A stretch of 64,000 nt of DNA from Eledone cirrhosa (lineage: Eukaryota). The translations under genes were made by a program, and so were the position numbers. Position 1 is the stretch's first letter. Each line of letters opens with the position of its first letter. The notes under the pieces were generated by a model. The model was not told the DNA's origin, searched no databases, and saw only the letters and a program-made list of their open reading frames with translations. Location: the NCBI GenBank assembly GCA_964016885.1, contig OZ024752.1, forward strand, positions 12,834,001 through 12,898,000, in the 5' to 3' direction. Below are positions 39,306-53,374 of the stretch, in pieces.

Positions 39306-40210
39306 GAAGGAAGTGTGGTAAGGAACCAGGTGGACCATAACGCACCAGAGTACTCAATACTTAGTGTAGTAGAGTGGTAATAGGAAAAGGGTCAGGACCC
39401 TGACGGCTGAACTCCGACTGTTTCAACAGCTAGATCTAGCTGTCTAAACGGCTGGACCTCAGCTGTCGGGGTCAAGACTCTTTTCAGTATATATATATAT
39501 ATATAAATATTGCAGGGCACCCTGTGGCTGGTTTTAGGAAGGCCATCATGTCATAGAAACCATGCTAAATATAGAACATGTGAGCAAGATGAGGTTAGCT
39601 CAACCCCCTCAGATCACAGACCATGACAACCCACCCAACACATGCCAGAAAGGTTATGGTAAATAACACTTGCCCTAGATACCAATGTAGTGGGATTGAA
39701 CTTTGGACCTAATGATTGTGAGGTGAACACTTTAACCTTTCAGCTATTCTGTGAGATTATAGTAATAAAATATCTAATATACCAACTAAATAATTGTTAT
39801 ATAGGTGTGACACACCTGTTTAGTATATCCGTACAAGACAAGGGTAAAACCAAAGTATTCTCTAGGTTTAATTTCAAACCACCAGCGAGAAACTACGTAC
39901 ACATAGTCTAACTGACAGTTCACTTCAGTTATTATTTATGTGGATTGGCAGTATCGGTAGAGGGTCGGATGCCATGCTTTGACGCATAGAGTTACGACCC
40001 TTGCCATTCTGAGTTCAAATTCCGCCGAGGTTAACTTTGCCTTTCCTCCTTACGGGGTCGATAAAATAAAGTACCAGTAATGCACTGGGTAATTGCTGGC
40101 CTTGTGCCAAAAGTAGATAGACATTTCGCCTAGCCCACTTTTAGTTACGTGGGGGTGTTCAGGGTTTTTCCCTGCAACAATAATTTGTATCAATTTTTTT
40201 TATTTCACAG

Positions 40211-40487
40211 CTACCAGTAACAGCTTTAAAAATATAACCCTGAAATTTGCCATTGAATTCAAGCAGTCTTACAATAGCACTCAACTCTTGAGTCTATGTG
40301 AACCAATGAAAGATATTTTGAAAGCAGTTCTGAAAAAACAAAACAATAGTTCTTGTTCTAAAGGAAATTGCAAATTAGCTGTGATAATTAATGGCAAAGC
40401 TTGTAGCGTAGACTCTCAAAATGTGGTTCGCAAGAAGAGAAGTGTTTCAAATGTAGTTGATGTCCAAGTTGGTATTAATGGAATAAA
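40211..40487 (+). CDS. Exon, linker (SEA-like?) with RKKR furin-type site
   Basis: tcacag/gtaagt; ATSNSFKNITLKFAIEF...CSVDSQNVVRKKRSVSNVVDVQVGINGI; phase 1 to 2. Confidence 0.85.
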
Positions 40488-40619
40488 GTAAGTATTTTCT
40501 TATGTACTGCACTTTACTAAATGCTATGTAGAATGCATATACCTAAACCCTACAGGACCTTTTCTTTAGGATCCTACCAATTCTGTTATCTACTTCTCTT
40601 TTTTGATTAAATAATCACA

Positions 40620-40641
40620 ACCCCACATACATGCACACATG

Positions 40642-40695
<54 letters not shown>

Positions 40696-40801
40696 CCTAC
40701 CCTTTACAGATATATAATCATGCAAGTACATACATGCACACACACACATACAACACACACACACATGCACACACACACACACATCCACACATACAACACA
40801 C

Positions 40802-40851
<50 letters not shown>

Positions 40852-40924
40852 CCTACCCTTTGCAGATATATAATCATGCAAGTACATACATGCACACACA
40901 CACATACATGCACACATACAACAC

Positions 40925-40968
<44 letters not shown>

Positions 40969-41149
40969 CCTACCCTTTGCAGATATATAATCATGCAAGT
41001 ACATACATGCACACACACACATACATGCACACACATACATACATGCACACATACAACACACACATGCACACACACACACACACACACACATACATGCACA
41101 CATACAACACACACACACACACACACACACATGCACACACACACACACA

Positions 41150-41182
<33 letters not shown>

Positions 41183-41255
41183 CCTACCCTTTGCAGATAT
41201 ATAATCATGCAAGTACATACATGCACACACACACATACATGCACACATACAACAC

Positions 41256-41295
<40 letters not shown>

Positions 41296-41363
41296 CCTAC
41301 CCTTTGCAGATATATAATCATGCAAGTACATACATGCACACACACACATACATGCACACATAC

Positions 41364-41400
<37 letters not shown>

Positions 41401-41483
41401 CCTACCCTTTGCAGATATATAATCATGCAAGTACATACATGCACACACACACATACATGCACACATACAACACACACACACAT

Positions 41484-41518
<35 letters not shown>

Positions 41519-41529
41519 TGCACACATAC

Positions 41530-41563
<34 letters not shown>

Positions 41564-41583
41564 TGCACACACACACACACACA

Positions 41584-41626
<43 letters not shown>

Positions 41627-42144
41627 CCTACCCTTTGCAGATATATAATCATGCAAGTACATACATGCACACACACACATACATGCACACATACAACACA
41701 CACGCACACACACACACACACGCACACACACACACACATCCTACCCTTTGCAGATATATAATCATGCAAGTACATACATGCACACACACACATACATGCA
41801 CACATACAACACACACACACATGCACACACACACATACATGCACACATACAACACACACACACATGCACACACACACACACACACACATACATGCACACA
41901 TACAACACACACACACATGCACACACACACATACATGCACACATACAACACACACACATGCACACACACACACACACACATACATGCACACATACAACAC
42001 ACACACACACACACACACACATCCTACCCTTTGCAGATATATAATCATGCAAGTACATACATGCACACACACACATACATGCACACATACAACACACACA
42101 CACATGCACACACACACACACACACACATACATGCACACATACA

Positions 42145-42215
<71 letters not shown>

Positions 42216-42359
42216 TGCACACATACAACACACATACACACACACACACACACGCATGCACACACACACACACATCCTACCCTTTGCAGATATATAATCA
42301 TGCAAGTACATACATGCACACACACACATACATGCACACATACAACACACACACACACA

Positions 42360-42390
<31 letters not shown>

Positions 42391-42473
42391 CCTACCCTTT
42401 ACAGATATATAATCATGCAAGTACATACATGCACACACACACATACATGCACACATACAACACACACACACAT

Positions 42474-42516
<43 letters not shown>

Positions 42517-42544
42517 TGCACACATACAACACACACACACACAC

Positions 42545-42589
<45 letters not shown>

Positions 42590-42848
42590 CCTACCCTTTG
42601 CAGATATATAATCATGCAAGTACATACATGCACACACACACATACATGCACACATACAACACACACACACATGCACACACACACACACACACACACATCC
42701 TACCCTTTGCAGATATATAATCATGCAAGTACATACATGCACACACACACATACATGCACACATACAACACACACACACATGCACACACACACACACACA
42801 CACATACATGCACACATACAACACACACACACACACACACACACACAT

Positions 42849-42887
<39 letters not shown>

Positions 42888-43235
42888 TGCACACATACAA
42901 CACACATACACACACACACACACACGCATGCACACACACACACACATCCTACCCTTTGCAGATATATAATCATGCAAGTACATACATGCACACACACACA
43001 TACATGCACACATACAACACACACACACACATGCACACACACACACACACACACACATCCTACCCTTTACAGATATATAATCATGCAAGTACATACATGC
43101 ACACACACACATACATGCACACATACAACACACACACACATGCACACACACACACACACACACACATCCTACCCTTTGCAGATATATAATCATGCAAGTA
43201 CATACATGCACACACACACATACATGCACACATAC

Positions 43236-43270
<35 letters not shown>

Positions 43271-43338
43271 CCTACCCTTTGCAGATATATAATCATGCAA
43301 GTACATACATGCACACACACACATACATGCACACATAC

Positions 43339-43373
<35 letters not shown>

Positions 43374-43522
43374 CCTACCCTTTGCAGATATATAATCATG
43401 CAAGTACATACATGCACACACACACATACATGCACACATACAACACACACACACATGCACACACACACACACACACACATCCTACCCTTTGCAGATATAT
43501 AATCATGCAAGTACATACATGT
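40620..43522. repeat. Compound satellite: constant unit plus variable (CA)n blocks
   Basis: catcctaccctttgcagatatataatcatgcaagtacatacatg recurs about 19 times, separated by variable CA-rich tracts. Confidence 0.95.
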
Positions 43523-43639
43523 GCACAAAAACACACGTGCCTAGGAAAATGCACATATTTTCTTTCAAGAAATACAATTCAAGAAATGCAATTTTGTGCT
43601 CTTGTATTTATTTATGTTTACATCTATTTCATATTCAAG

Positions 43640-43724
43640 TTCAAACCTGCCTCCCAACCAGAACACCAATTTAACACAAGATTTGGTTACAGCAATTATT
43701 GATAACCAAACACTGAAAGCATTG
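43640..43724 (+). CDS. Exon, linker
   Basis: ttcaag/gtaatt; SNLPPNQNTNLTQDLVTAIIDNQTLKAL; supplies the phase 2 to 0 change required between flanking exons. Confidence 0.65.
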
Positions 43725-44836
43725 GTAATTTGTTTTTTGATTCTTTTGTTTTAATGCCTTTTTTATATATTTAAATTAAATCTGCCAGCCAAACAACTCT
43801 TTTCTAATTACTCTTTAAATACCTATACATAGAGCCTCTCTTGAGAATCGGTTTAAATCCGAAAATATTTGAGATCAATAAAATTGCTACGGTAAAATTC
43901 TACCATCTTCACTCTTTTCTCAGTCCTTTTATTCTCTATAATTCCTCTTACCTTGGTACTTTTAATACTGCACACATTTTTAGGCTTCTAAATATTTAAA
44001 CTTATTTAAATTTGTATTTCTTATTCCACAATGCTTCAAGCAAACTACAACACTTTGTTATACTACGATTTTTTTCAACACACTGATGTGTATGTGTATA
44101 TGTGTATATGTGTGTGTGTATATGTTCAAATGCATACATTTATATGTATGAGTATATAAATATAGACACGCAAACACAGACACACTTACAAAAATACACA
44201 TTCACAGACATACATTCACACAAACACACACACACATACATTTACATTCATACAAACATACATACACATGCATTTACACAAACACACACGTATACATACA
44301 CTCACACACAGTGTAGCAAATGGAACGTCAGCTACTGTTTCGCTATAGTTTTTTTCACCATCCTCTTCCTTCCTTTTACACACACACATACTGTACTGGA
44401 CTCTACAACCCATCCTACCCTGCTAGCATGGAAGATGGACATTAAATGATGATGATGATACATTCTCACAAACACACACACACACACACATTGGGTGACC
44501 GACAGACGGAAGTTGCTCAAATTTATATATAGATATACATCCCAATGCAAATAACCATAGAAATAGTTAACCATGATAAATAATAGATGAGGAGATCTGT
44601 TGAAGTACCCCAGGTGACAGATAAATTTGCTCACCTGTGCCTGCAATGAATTAACCCTTTAGCATTTAAACCAGCCGTATCCTGCAATAATTCTCTCCCC
44701 TCCCTTTTTTTAAAAACCAGCTATAACCGGCTGCTCATACTTATATTAACATATTGTTCTCAACATAAATAATATCAAATCTCATAGATTTGATATTAAA
44801 AGATAATTATGTGAGGTAAAGTGTTTACCATGAAAA

Positions 44837-45536
44837 TCTAGAAATATAAAAGAAAGATGTTTATTGGTTGGTCGGTTGAATCACATGAAAACTGCACACA
44901 CATACAAATGCATACGCACACATCTAAAGAGAGAGAGAGAGACATACAGAGGGAGAGGCAGAAAGAGAGAGATAGGCCATTATACTGAGAGAGATACAAT
45001 TAAAGTGTTAGATATTCAGAGAGAGAGAGAGGGAGAGTAACATTCCACAAAAGTCTAGAACAGCTTTAACTATAGATCCTGTCTATCTTTAAGAAGGTTT
45101 AACAATATTGTGTTAGCTTTTATAAAGTCAGTTTACAGTCTTTGATTTTACAGAACAAAGAAAAATGATACTATTTGAAATTAATCCATATACTACTTAC
45201 AGACCATACTAACGAAGCTAAACACTTCAGAAGCAATGTTATGCGGTGTATTGCTGTGTTTCAGATAATGTCCTTTGAAGCTGAAAAAGATCATACTCAC
45301 TATGGTCATTTCACAATGTTTAAAATCCAAGGCCAATGCTACTATTTAATTGGTAGTTTACTCCCGCAGCCTAATAAGGAAGTTTTATGATTGTTTTATT
45401 TATGTCTCTCTCTCTCTCTCACACTCACACATTACGGTCTCACCTCATACCAGACAACACATCTAATACAGTCGTTTTCTCTTTTATCTGTCTCCTCTTA
45501 GCTGTTCTCCCTGGTGAAGCCGGGTACCTCAGCTAG
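44837..45536 (+). mobile_element. Helitron deletion derivative (700 bp) with RepHel coding remnant
   Basis: A|TC 5' end; 3' hairpin ccctggtgaagccggg then CTAG|T; removing it restores the host MITE (ccatgaaaa|tataatag); ORF 45175-45390 HFRSNVM...FQIMSF...FKIQGQCYYLIGSLLP is Helitron-like. Confidence 0.85.
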
Positions 45537-46172
45537 TATAATAGTAAATATAGAGAGTAACGTAAATTTGATTTGTTTATACATCTAGCTACAGGCTTAA
45601 AATCTTCTAAAAACAGAATTGACTGCCAGTGGCTCTTTAGTGTAGTGATCAACTCATGCATCTGACATCTGGCAGATGCAGGGTTTGATTCCTCACAGGG
45701 GCTTCGGTTTACTTTCTTCCATCTCCAGCAGTACTTTACATAATTTTCAGATATTTATAACAGAGGTGTAACTAAGGTACAGCAAGCATAGCATGTGCAA
45801 TGGGTGCCACTTAAAGGGGATGCCACATAAAGGGAGGAGGAGCACATGGACTAAGAGCATTTTCTATTACTTTATCTGCTTTTCTCCACTGTTATTTATA
45901 ACAGAAGTGTAATTAGGGTATGACAAGCATGTCATGTGCAATGGGTGCCACTTAAGTGGGTGGCACCACATGAAAAAGAGGGTGCCTCTTGGACTATGAG
46001 CACTTTCTATTAAAGTCAGATAAGCTATCATCTGAGAGTGAAAAAAAATCTTCTTTAATTATTGTGGGTGAGAAAGACTATGGTGGCTGGATCATTAAAC
46101 CATTTATATAAATTATTGGCTGTATTACATTACAGACAAACAAGCAATCAATCACAGAGTTTTAGTAATAGA

Positions 46173-46778
46173 CTAGACCACCCGTGACCCGTTGGGTCAC
46201 GTTCACTTCAAAATATTTTTTTAAAATCACGTTCACTTAAAAATAATTTTTAAATAATTAAAATATACACAGACATGTATATAATGTGAAATGAAACTGG
46301 AAGGCCCATATATACACGTGTGTGTATGTATATATATATATAAATGTGGGTGTCTGTGATCTATATACATTGGTCATAGACACACACACACATATAAACA
46401 CACACACTCACATATAAACACACACACACTCACATATATATATATATATAGACAACAACACCACCAGCACTCTCTTTTCCATTCTCCTTCTCTGTCTCCT
46501 CCTCTCCCTCCCTCTATGTCTCTCTTTCAATCTACTCTCTCACAACCACGATCTATTTCTTTCTCTCTCTCTCTCTCTCTCTATTTATGAAGGTACCCAG
46601 AAAACCCCATATCTCAGGAACCCGTGCTTCGATTTACGCAAAACTTGTTTTATTCCATTTGTATTCCCATTTCAGGGGCAACTTCCTTTCAAAGTATTTT
46701 CCCACTATGCGCCCTTTTGGCTGTATTACATTACAGACAAGCAAGCAATCACAGAGTTTTAGTAGTATATATATAAGA
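46173..46778 (-). mobile_element. Non-autonomous Helitron
   Basis: Minus strand starts A|TCTTATATATATACTACTAAAACTC and ends cgtgaccc-aac-gggtcacg-ggtggt-CTAG|T. Confidence 0.8.
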
Positions 46779-47511
46779 TATGGCCCATAGGCTCCCTATA
46801 GGCACTATTTTCTCTAGTTACTCCTCCTATTTATGGTGATTGAGTATTATTAAGACATAACACCAGGTATTGCTGGTATGGAGGACAATGGTTTAAGATT
46901 ACCACCCAAGTAGCTTGCAGTGGGATTTCAACTTAGAATAAATACTGCAAAGTATCTTAGCTGATGCTTTAACAATTCCAACAATTCCTTGCTATGGACT
47001 GATATTTTATCATGCTTCTTACCTCACCCCTCATCCCATCCTGCCTACAGAACTCTTTAATTGTGTGAAAGTTAAGACAACCTTTCTAGTGCTGGTGCCA
47101 CACAAAATACACTCAGTACACCCTGTAAGGAAATTGGTGAAAGAAAGGGCATACATAATATGTCAAAAATGATTGAGGGGACACTTCAGTTGTGTCAAAG
47201 ATATGTGAACATCACTAGTGCTGGTTTCATAATAGAGCGCACCCTGTGCACTCTGTAGAGTGTCGGAACATATCTAAGTGAGAAGCAGTCTTCCAGTCTA
47301 TCTCAGAGGTCAGTAGCTTCAAATTAACTACTGACCTGGTCTGTGATATCCCATTCAACCCTTGCTAGCTGGGAAAATGGATGTTAAATGATGATGATGA
47401 TGATGATGATGATGAAGGGAAAGTTGACCTCAATCAGATTTTAGCCCAGACCTAAAACAACCAGATCAATCGCCATCAGATATTTCATTTCATAATCTAA
47501 CAACTTGGCCA

Positions 47512-47630
47512 TTCTTCTTCTTCTTCTTCTTCTTCTTCTTCTTCTTTTTCTTCTTCTTCCTTTTCTTCTTTTTCTTCTTCTTCTTTTTCTTCTTCTTCTT
47601 CTTCTTCTTCTTCTTCTTCTTCTTCTTCTC
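47512..47630. repeat. (CTT)n microsatellite
   Basis: Direct reading; a larger tract lies at 56345-56620. Confidence 0.95.
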
Positions 47631-49396
47631 CCCTCCTCCTCCTTCCAGCAGGTCCTAACAGAAGTAAGTCTCCAATTGAAATGGCTGAACACCCAAGTGA
47701 GACCAGCCAAGCTCATGGATGTTATCCAGCCATCTTGCTCAGGGTCTACCCCGGGGTCTGGTCTTTCTCTGTCCAGTAATTCCTTCTCTGACCAGTGATT
47801 CCTTCACTACCAATATAATTTACCATTATTATTGGAAGTATGTGTAGAGGGTCAGATGTCTGGCTTTGCAGCATAGAGATATGGCCCTTTATGGTTTGAG
47901 TTCAAATCTCGCCAAGATTAACTTTGTCTCTCATCCTTACGAGGTCGATAAAATAAAGCACCAGTAATACACTGGGGTAATTGCTGGCCTTGTGCCAAAA
48001 GTAGAAACAATTATTATATAATAAAGGAAGGAGTGCGGGAGTGTCCTGAATATATTTTTTTTATCCCGTTAGTAAAATAAGTTGGATTACTTTGAATAAA
48101 TAATGAATGAATATTACATAATTTATCTACTAAATTTCGTAGCTGTTGATTAATATAAATATTCTTCTATATAATGTTTGCTTATTTTAAGATTAACTTC
48201 TTTAAAATTTTCAAATGTCACCACTTCCGGTTAGCGTCCTTTATATCATAACACTTATTACATCGCTTATATATTGGCATCGCTATATAAGGTTTCATTA
48301 CATTTCACTGTAATGCAGTATATATATAATATAGCATGATTCCTACTCCACCCAGCCCATTGTCATTTCCCACCCAGAAAAGCTTATAGCATCATTTTTT
48401 ACCCACAATGAATCTAGCAGACCCACCCCTTTACCTGGTCTCTTGGATACAGCAAACATCAACCTCCTTACGTTCAAGCATTTCTACAACCTCGTTAGAG
48501 CGACCTTATAAGGTGCCTACATTCATGGTACCAACTCTGAAGTTTTGGATTGCGTTTAGTGGGCGGGAACGGTGGGGCTCAGGGAGGGGTGAGGGAGATG
48601 GGGTTATGTTGGCCTTTCGTACCTCGCAACAGGTTTATTTTATATTTGGAAGGAGAAGGAAGGGATTGAGAGAGAACCAGCAGGCGCGTATACAATATAT
48701 ATGTGGGGGGGGGGGTGAAGAATAGGAGGGAGCAGGAAGGTTATTTTATAAAATCCTAGAATTTCGGCCATAATTAAACAAACGAGAAGGTTATTTTAGA
48801 AAACGAGCGAGAAGGTTATAAAATAATCTATGGGGGAGTTAGCGAGAAGGTTTAAATAAAATCATCGAATTTTGGGCATAATTGAACAAGCATATAACTG
48901 TAGTAAGAGAAGAATTATGGGATTTTAATATACAAGAAGATTATTTTGAACAATCAGACAGAATTATAGCATTGAAAAATGTATCATGGATTTCTTTACT
49001 GATTACAGAAGACAGTGTAACACAGTCTCTCTTCAATTTCTGTGCATATTCTCAATTACGATGTTATTTGATGTATCATATCTACATGTATATATATTTG
49101 CATATAATATAAATATGTACACTACACATGATAGCAGAAAACCATCCATTAATTTTCAATTAAAGGGCGGTGGATTGGCAGTATCGGTAGAGGGTCGGAC
49201 GCCATGCTTTCCAGCATAGTTACGTCCCTTTACGATCTGAGTTCAAATCCCGTTGAGGTTAAGTTTGCCTTTCATCCCTATGGGGTCGATAAAATAAAGT
49301 ACCAGTAATGTACTGGTGTAATTGCTGGCCTTGTGCCAAAAGTAGAAACAATTAATTTTCAATTAACAATTTTTTACCTGTTTCTTTTCTGTTCAG

Positions 49397-49490
49397 TTGG
49401 ATTCAATGGATGCAGGTTTGGTGGTGTCATCATTAACACCTGAAGTAACGAACTATTGCAATATAGGTGTTTTACAGGGTACCACCTGTG
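49397..49490 (+). CDS. Exon, end of linker
   Basis: gttcag/gtgagt; LDSMDAGLVVSSLTPEVTNYCNIGVLQGTTC(V); phase 0 to 1. Confidence 0.8.
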
Positions 49491-50055
49491 GTGAGTCAGA
49501 AATATATTGTTGATACTTTAATTAAGGTTAATCAGTGTTGCTGTTATTGTCTTCATCATCATCATAGACATTGTCATCATCACTACCTCCGCTGTCTTCA
49601 CCTCCACCACCACTATCACATCTGACACCACCTCCGCTGCCACCACAACCACTACTATCACCACCAATAACACCATCGGCACCACCACCACCACCACCGC
49701 CACCACTATCATACCTGTCACCAGCTTCATTATTATTGCTGCCACCACTGCCACCGCCACTAACACCACCGCCACTAACACCACCACCACCACCACCATT
49801 TCCATCATCACCACCACCACCACCGCTACTAACACCACTACCACAACCACCGCCACTAGTACCACCACCACCACTGCCACTAACACCACCACCACCACCA
49901 TTTCTATCATCACCATTTCCACCACCACCACCATTTCCATCATCACCATTTCCACCATCACCACCACCACCACCACCATTTCCATCATCACCATCACCAC
50001 CATTCATGATCATCATCATCATCATTTGTGTGTGTGTGTGTGTGTGTGAGTGTGT

Positions 50056-50107
<52 letters not shown>

Positions 50108-50147
50108 ATTTAATTAAATATTTCTATATTCTTTTTTATTTTTACAG

Positions 50148-50309
50148 TTGAAGCTGGCCCTGGAACATATTGGTCAACAAAATCTAAACTTGTGGAACCT
50201 TGTCCAAAGGGGACATACCAGCCATTGCCCAGAAGTAGAGGCTGTAATGCCTGTCCAAATGGTAAAACTACAAAAACAAGTCTAGCTACCATGGAAAATG
50301 ATTGTAAAG
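50148..50309 (+). CDS. Exon, GCC2_GCC3/ephrin-receptor-like Cys repeat
   Basis: ttacag/gtttga; GPGTYWSTKSKLVEPCPKGTYQPLPRSRGCNACPNGKTT...NDCK; phase 1 to 1. Confidence 0.9.
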
Positions 50310-50369
50310 GTTTGAACCATTATATTTTTTATTGATGTGATTTAGCCACAGGTCAGTCTTGACCAGTAC

Positions 50370-51600
50370 TGTAAAGAGGTTGTGTTAGTGACGCAACAAA
50401 AAGTACTCAGTCCATGCTTCAAAGAGGTTGTGTTGGTGACACAGCAAAAAGCATTCATTCATGCTTCAAAGAGGTTGTGTTGGTGACACAACAAAAAGCA
50501 CTCATTCATGCTTCAAAGAGGTTGTGTTAGTGACACAACAAAAAGCATTCATTCATGCTTCAAAGAGGTTGTGTTGGTGACACAACAAAAAGCACTCATT
50601 CATGCTTCAAAGAGGTTGTGTTAGTGACACAACAAAAAGCATTCATTCATGCTTCAAAGAGGTTGTGTTGGTGACACAACAAAAAGCACTCATTCATGCT
50701 TCAAAGAGGTTGTGTTAGTGACACAACAAAAAGCACTCATTCATGCTTCAAAGAGGTTGTGTTAGTGACACAACAAAAAGCACTCATTCATGCTTCAAAG
50801 AGGTTGTGTTGGTGACACAACAAAAAGCACTCATTCATGCATCAAAGAGGTTGTGTTAGTGACACAACAAAAAGCACTCATTCATGCTTCAAAGAGGTTG
50901 TGTTAGTGACACAACAAAAAGCATTCATTCATGCTTCAAAGAGGTTGTGTTGGTGACACAACAAAAAGCACTCATTCATGCTTCAAAGAGGTTGTGTTAG
51001 TGACACAACAAAAAGCATTCATTCATGCTTCAAAGAGGTTGTGTTGGTGACACAACAAAAAGCACTCATTCATGCTTCAAAGAGGTTGTGTTAGTGACAC
51101 AACAAAAAGCACTCATTCATGCTTCAAAGAGGTTGTGTTGGTGACACAACAAAAAGCACTCATTCATGCATCAAAGAGGTTGTGTTAGTGACACAACAAA
51201 AAGCACTCATTCATGCTTCAAAGAGGTTGTGTTAGTGACACAACAAAAAGCATTCATTCATGCTTCAAAGAGGTTGTGTTGGTGACACAACAAAAAGCAC
51301 TCATTCATGCTTCAAAGAGGTTGTGTTAGTGACACAACAAAAAGCATTCATTCATGCTTCAAAGAGGTTGTGTTGGTGACACAACAAAAAGCACTCATTC
51401 ATGCTTCAAAGAGGTTGTGTTAGTGACACAACAAAAAGCACTCATTCATGCTTCAAAGAGGTTGTGTTAGTGACACAACAAAAAGCACTCATTCATGCTT
51501 CAAAGAGGTTGTGTTGGTGACACAACAAAAAGCACTCATTCATGCATCAAAGAGGTTGTGTTAGTGACACAACAAAAAGCACCCAGTCCACACTGTAAAG
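50370..51600. repeat. 47-bp minisatellite
   Basis: Unit aaagaggttgtgttggtgacacaacaaaaagcactcattcatgcttc, about 26 copies. Confidence 0.95.
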
Positions 51601-51726
51601 TAGTTGTAAAGTAAACTGATGATGTAGCGACCTCTAGTGGATTGAAGCAGAAGCAAGGTAGATGGCACCACGTCATCAGTTTACAAAATTCATGGCTGAA
51701 GGCTTTCAAAAGATTTATTCATAATC

Positions 51727-52955
51727 CCCACGGGTACAAGCTGAAGCATATAGACAATATGTCCTCATCCCCTCCCACTGCAAGGTAGTCGTGGAGGTGT
51801 CACAACAAAAAAGCACCCAGCCAACACTGTAAAGTGGTTGTGGAGGTGTCACGACAAAAAAGCACCCAGCCCACACTGTAAAGAGGTTGTGGAGGTGTCA
51901 CGACAAAAAAGCACCCAGCCCACACTGTAAAGAGGTTGTGGAGGTGTCACGATAAAAAGCACCCAGCCCACACTGTAAAGAGGTTGTGGAGGTGTCACGA
52001 CAAAAAGCACCCAGCCCACACTGTAAAGAGGTTGTGGAAGTGTCACGACAAAAAGCACCCAGCCCACACTGTAAAGAGGTTGTGGAGGTGTCACGACAAA
52101 AAGCACCCAGCCCACACTGTAAAGAGGTTGTGGAGGTGTCACGACAAAAAGCACCCAGCCCACACACTAAAGAGGTTGTGGAGGTGTCATGACAAAAAGC
52201 ACCCAGCCCACACTGTAAAGAGGTTGTGGAGGTGTCACGACAAAAAGCACCCAGCCCACACTGTAAAGAGGTTGTGGAGGTGTCACGATAAAAAGCACCC
52301 AGCCCACACTGTAAAGAGGTTGTGGAGGTGTCACGACAAAAAGCACCCAGCCCACACACTAAAGAGGTTGTGGAGGTGTCATGACAAAAAGCACCCAGCC
52401 CACACTGTAAAGAGGTTGTGGAGGTGTCACGACAAAAAGCACCCAGCCCACACTGTAAAGAGGTTGTGGAGGTGTCACGATAAAAAGCACCCAGCCCACA
52501 CTGTAAAGAGGTTGTGGAGGTGTCACGACAAAAAGCACCCAGCCCACACTGTAAAGAGGTTGTGGAAGTGTCACGACAAAAAGCACCCAGCCCACACTGT
52601 AAAGAGGTTGTGGAGGTGTCACGACAAAAAGCACCCAGCCCACACTGTAAAGAGGTTGTGGAGGTGTCACGACAAAAAGCACCCAGCCCACACTGTAAAT
52701 AGGTTGTGGAGGTGTCACGACAAAAAGCACCCAGCCCACACTGTAAATAGGTCGTGTAGGCGCCACGGAAAAAAAGCACCCAGCACTCACTGTAAATGAG
52801 GTTGGTGTTAGGAAGGGCATCCATCTGTAGAAATCAAGCTAGAATCAGTTCCCGTATGAGCAAGACAAGGTCAGCTGACCAGGCGCTGCCCACAACAGGA
52901 CAACCGTCTAACCCATGCTAGCATGGAAGAACGGACGTAAAGTGGTGATAATGAT
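51727..52955 (+). mobile_element. SINE-like element with expanded 48-bp internal array
   Basis: About 21 units of aaagaggttgtggaggtgtcacgacaaaaagcacccagcccacactgt; flanks match the 17770-18090 copy. Confidence 0.85.
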
Positions 52956-53374
52956 GCATCATACAATGTGTGTTTGAGTGAATATATGTGTGTAAAAGAA
53001 AAGAAGGAGATGGTGAAAAAACTGTAGCAAAGCAGTAGCTGGTGTTCCATTTGCTATGCTGTGTGTTTGTGTCAATGTATGTGTGTGTTTGTGTCAATGT
53101 ATGTCTGTGAGTTTGTATTTTTGTAAATGTGTCTGTGTTTGTGCTTTTATATTTATATACTCATACATATAAATGTATGCATATACACATACACACATAC
53201 ACACACAAATACACATATGTGTCAGCGTGTTGAAAAAACTAGTAGCATATATCACTAGATATACAAAATACTCATATTTATATGTATACAGCTATGTTAG
53301 AGTGAACACCTTAACTATTCAATTGATTACATTGATCACGTTGCCCTCTCTTTATATTTTCTTCTAATTTACAG

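Noticed and set aside
40620-43522. Repeat-spacer pattern resembling CRISPR, and long HT/CV ORFs
   Set aside because: The spacers are CA microsatellite variants, and the ORFs are artefacts of dinucleotide repeats.
45154-45390. Candidate host exon after ttttacag
   Set aside because: The needed phase hits a stop, and the ORF lies within a Helitron and resembles RepHel.
45628-45702. tRNA-like sequence
   Set aside because: Only degenerate A and B boxes and no convincing cloverleaf; likely an old SINE head.
49528-50113. Gly-rich or Pro-rich ORFs
   Set aside because: (CAC)n low-complexity tract within an intron between two good exons.
51898-52824. About 300-aa ORFs with 16-aa repeats on both strands
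   Set aside because: In-frame 48-bp minisatellite derived from a SINE.
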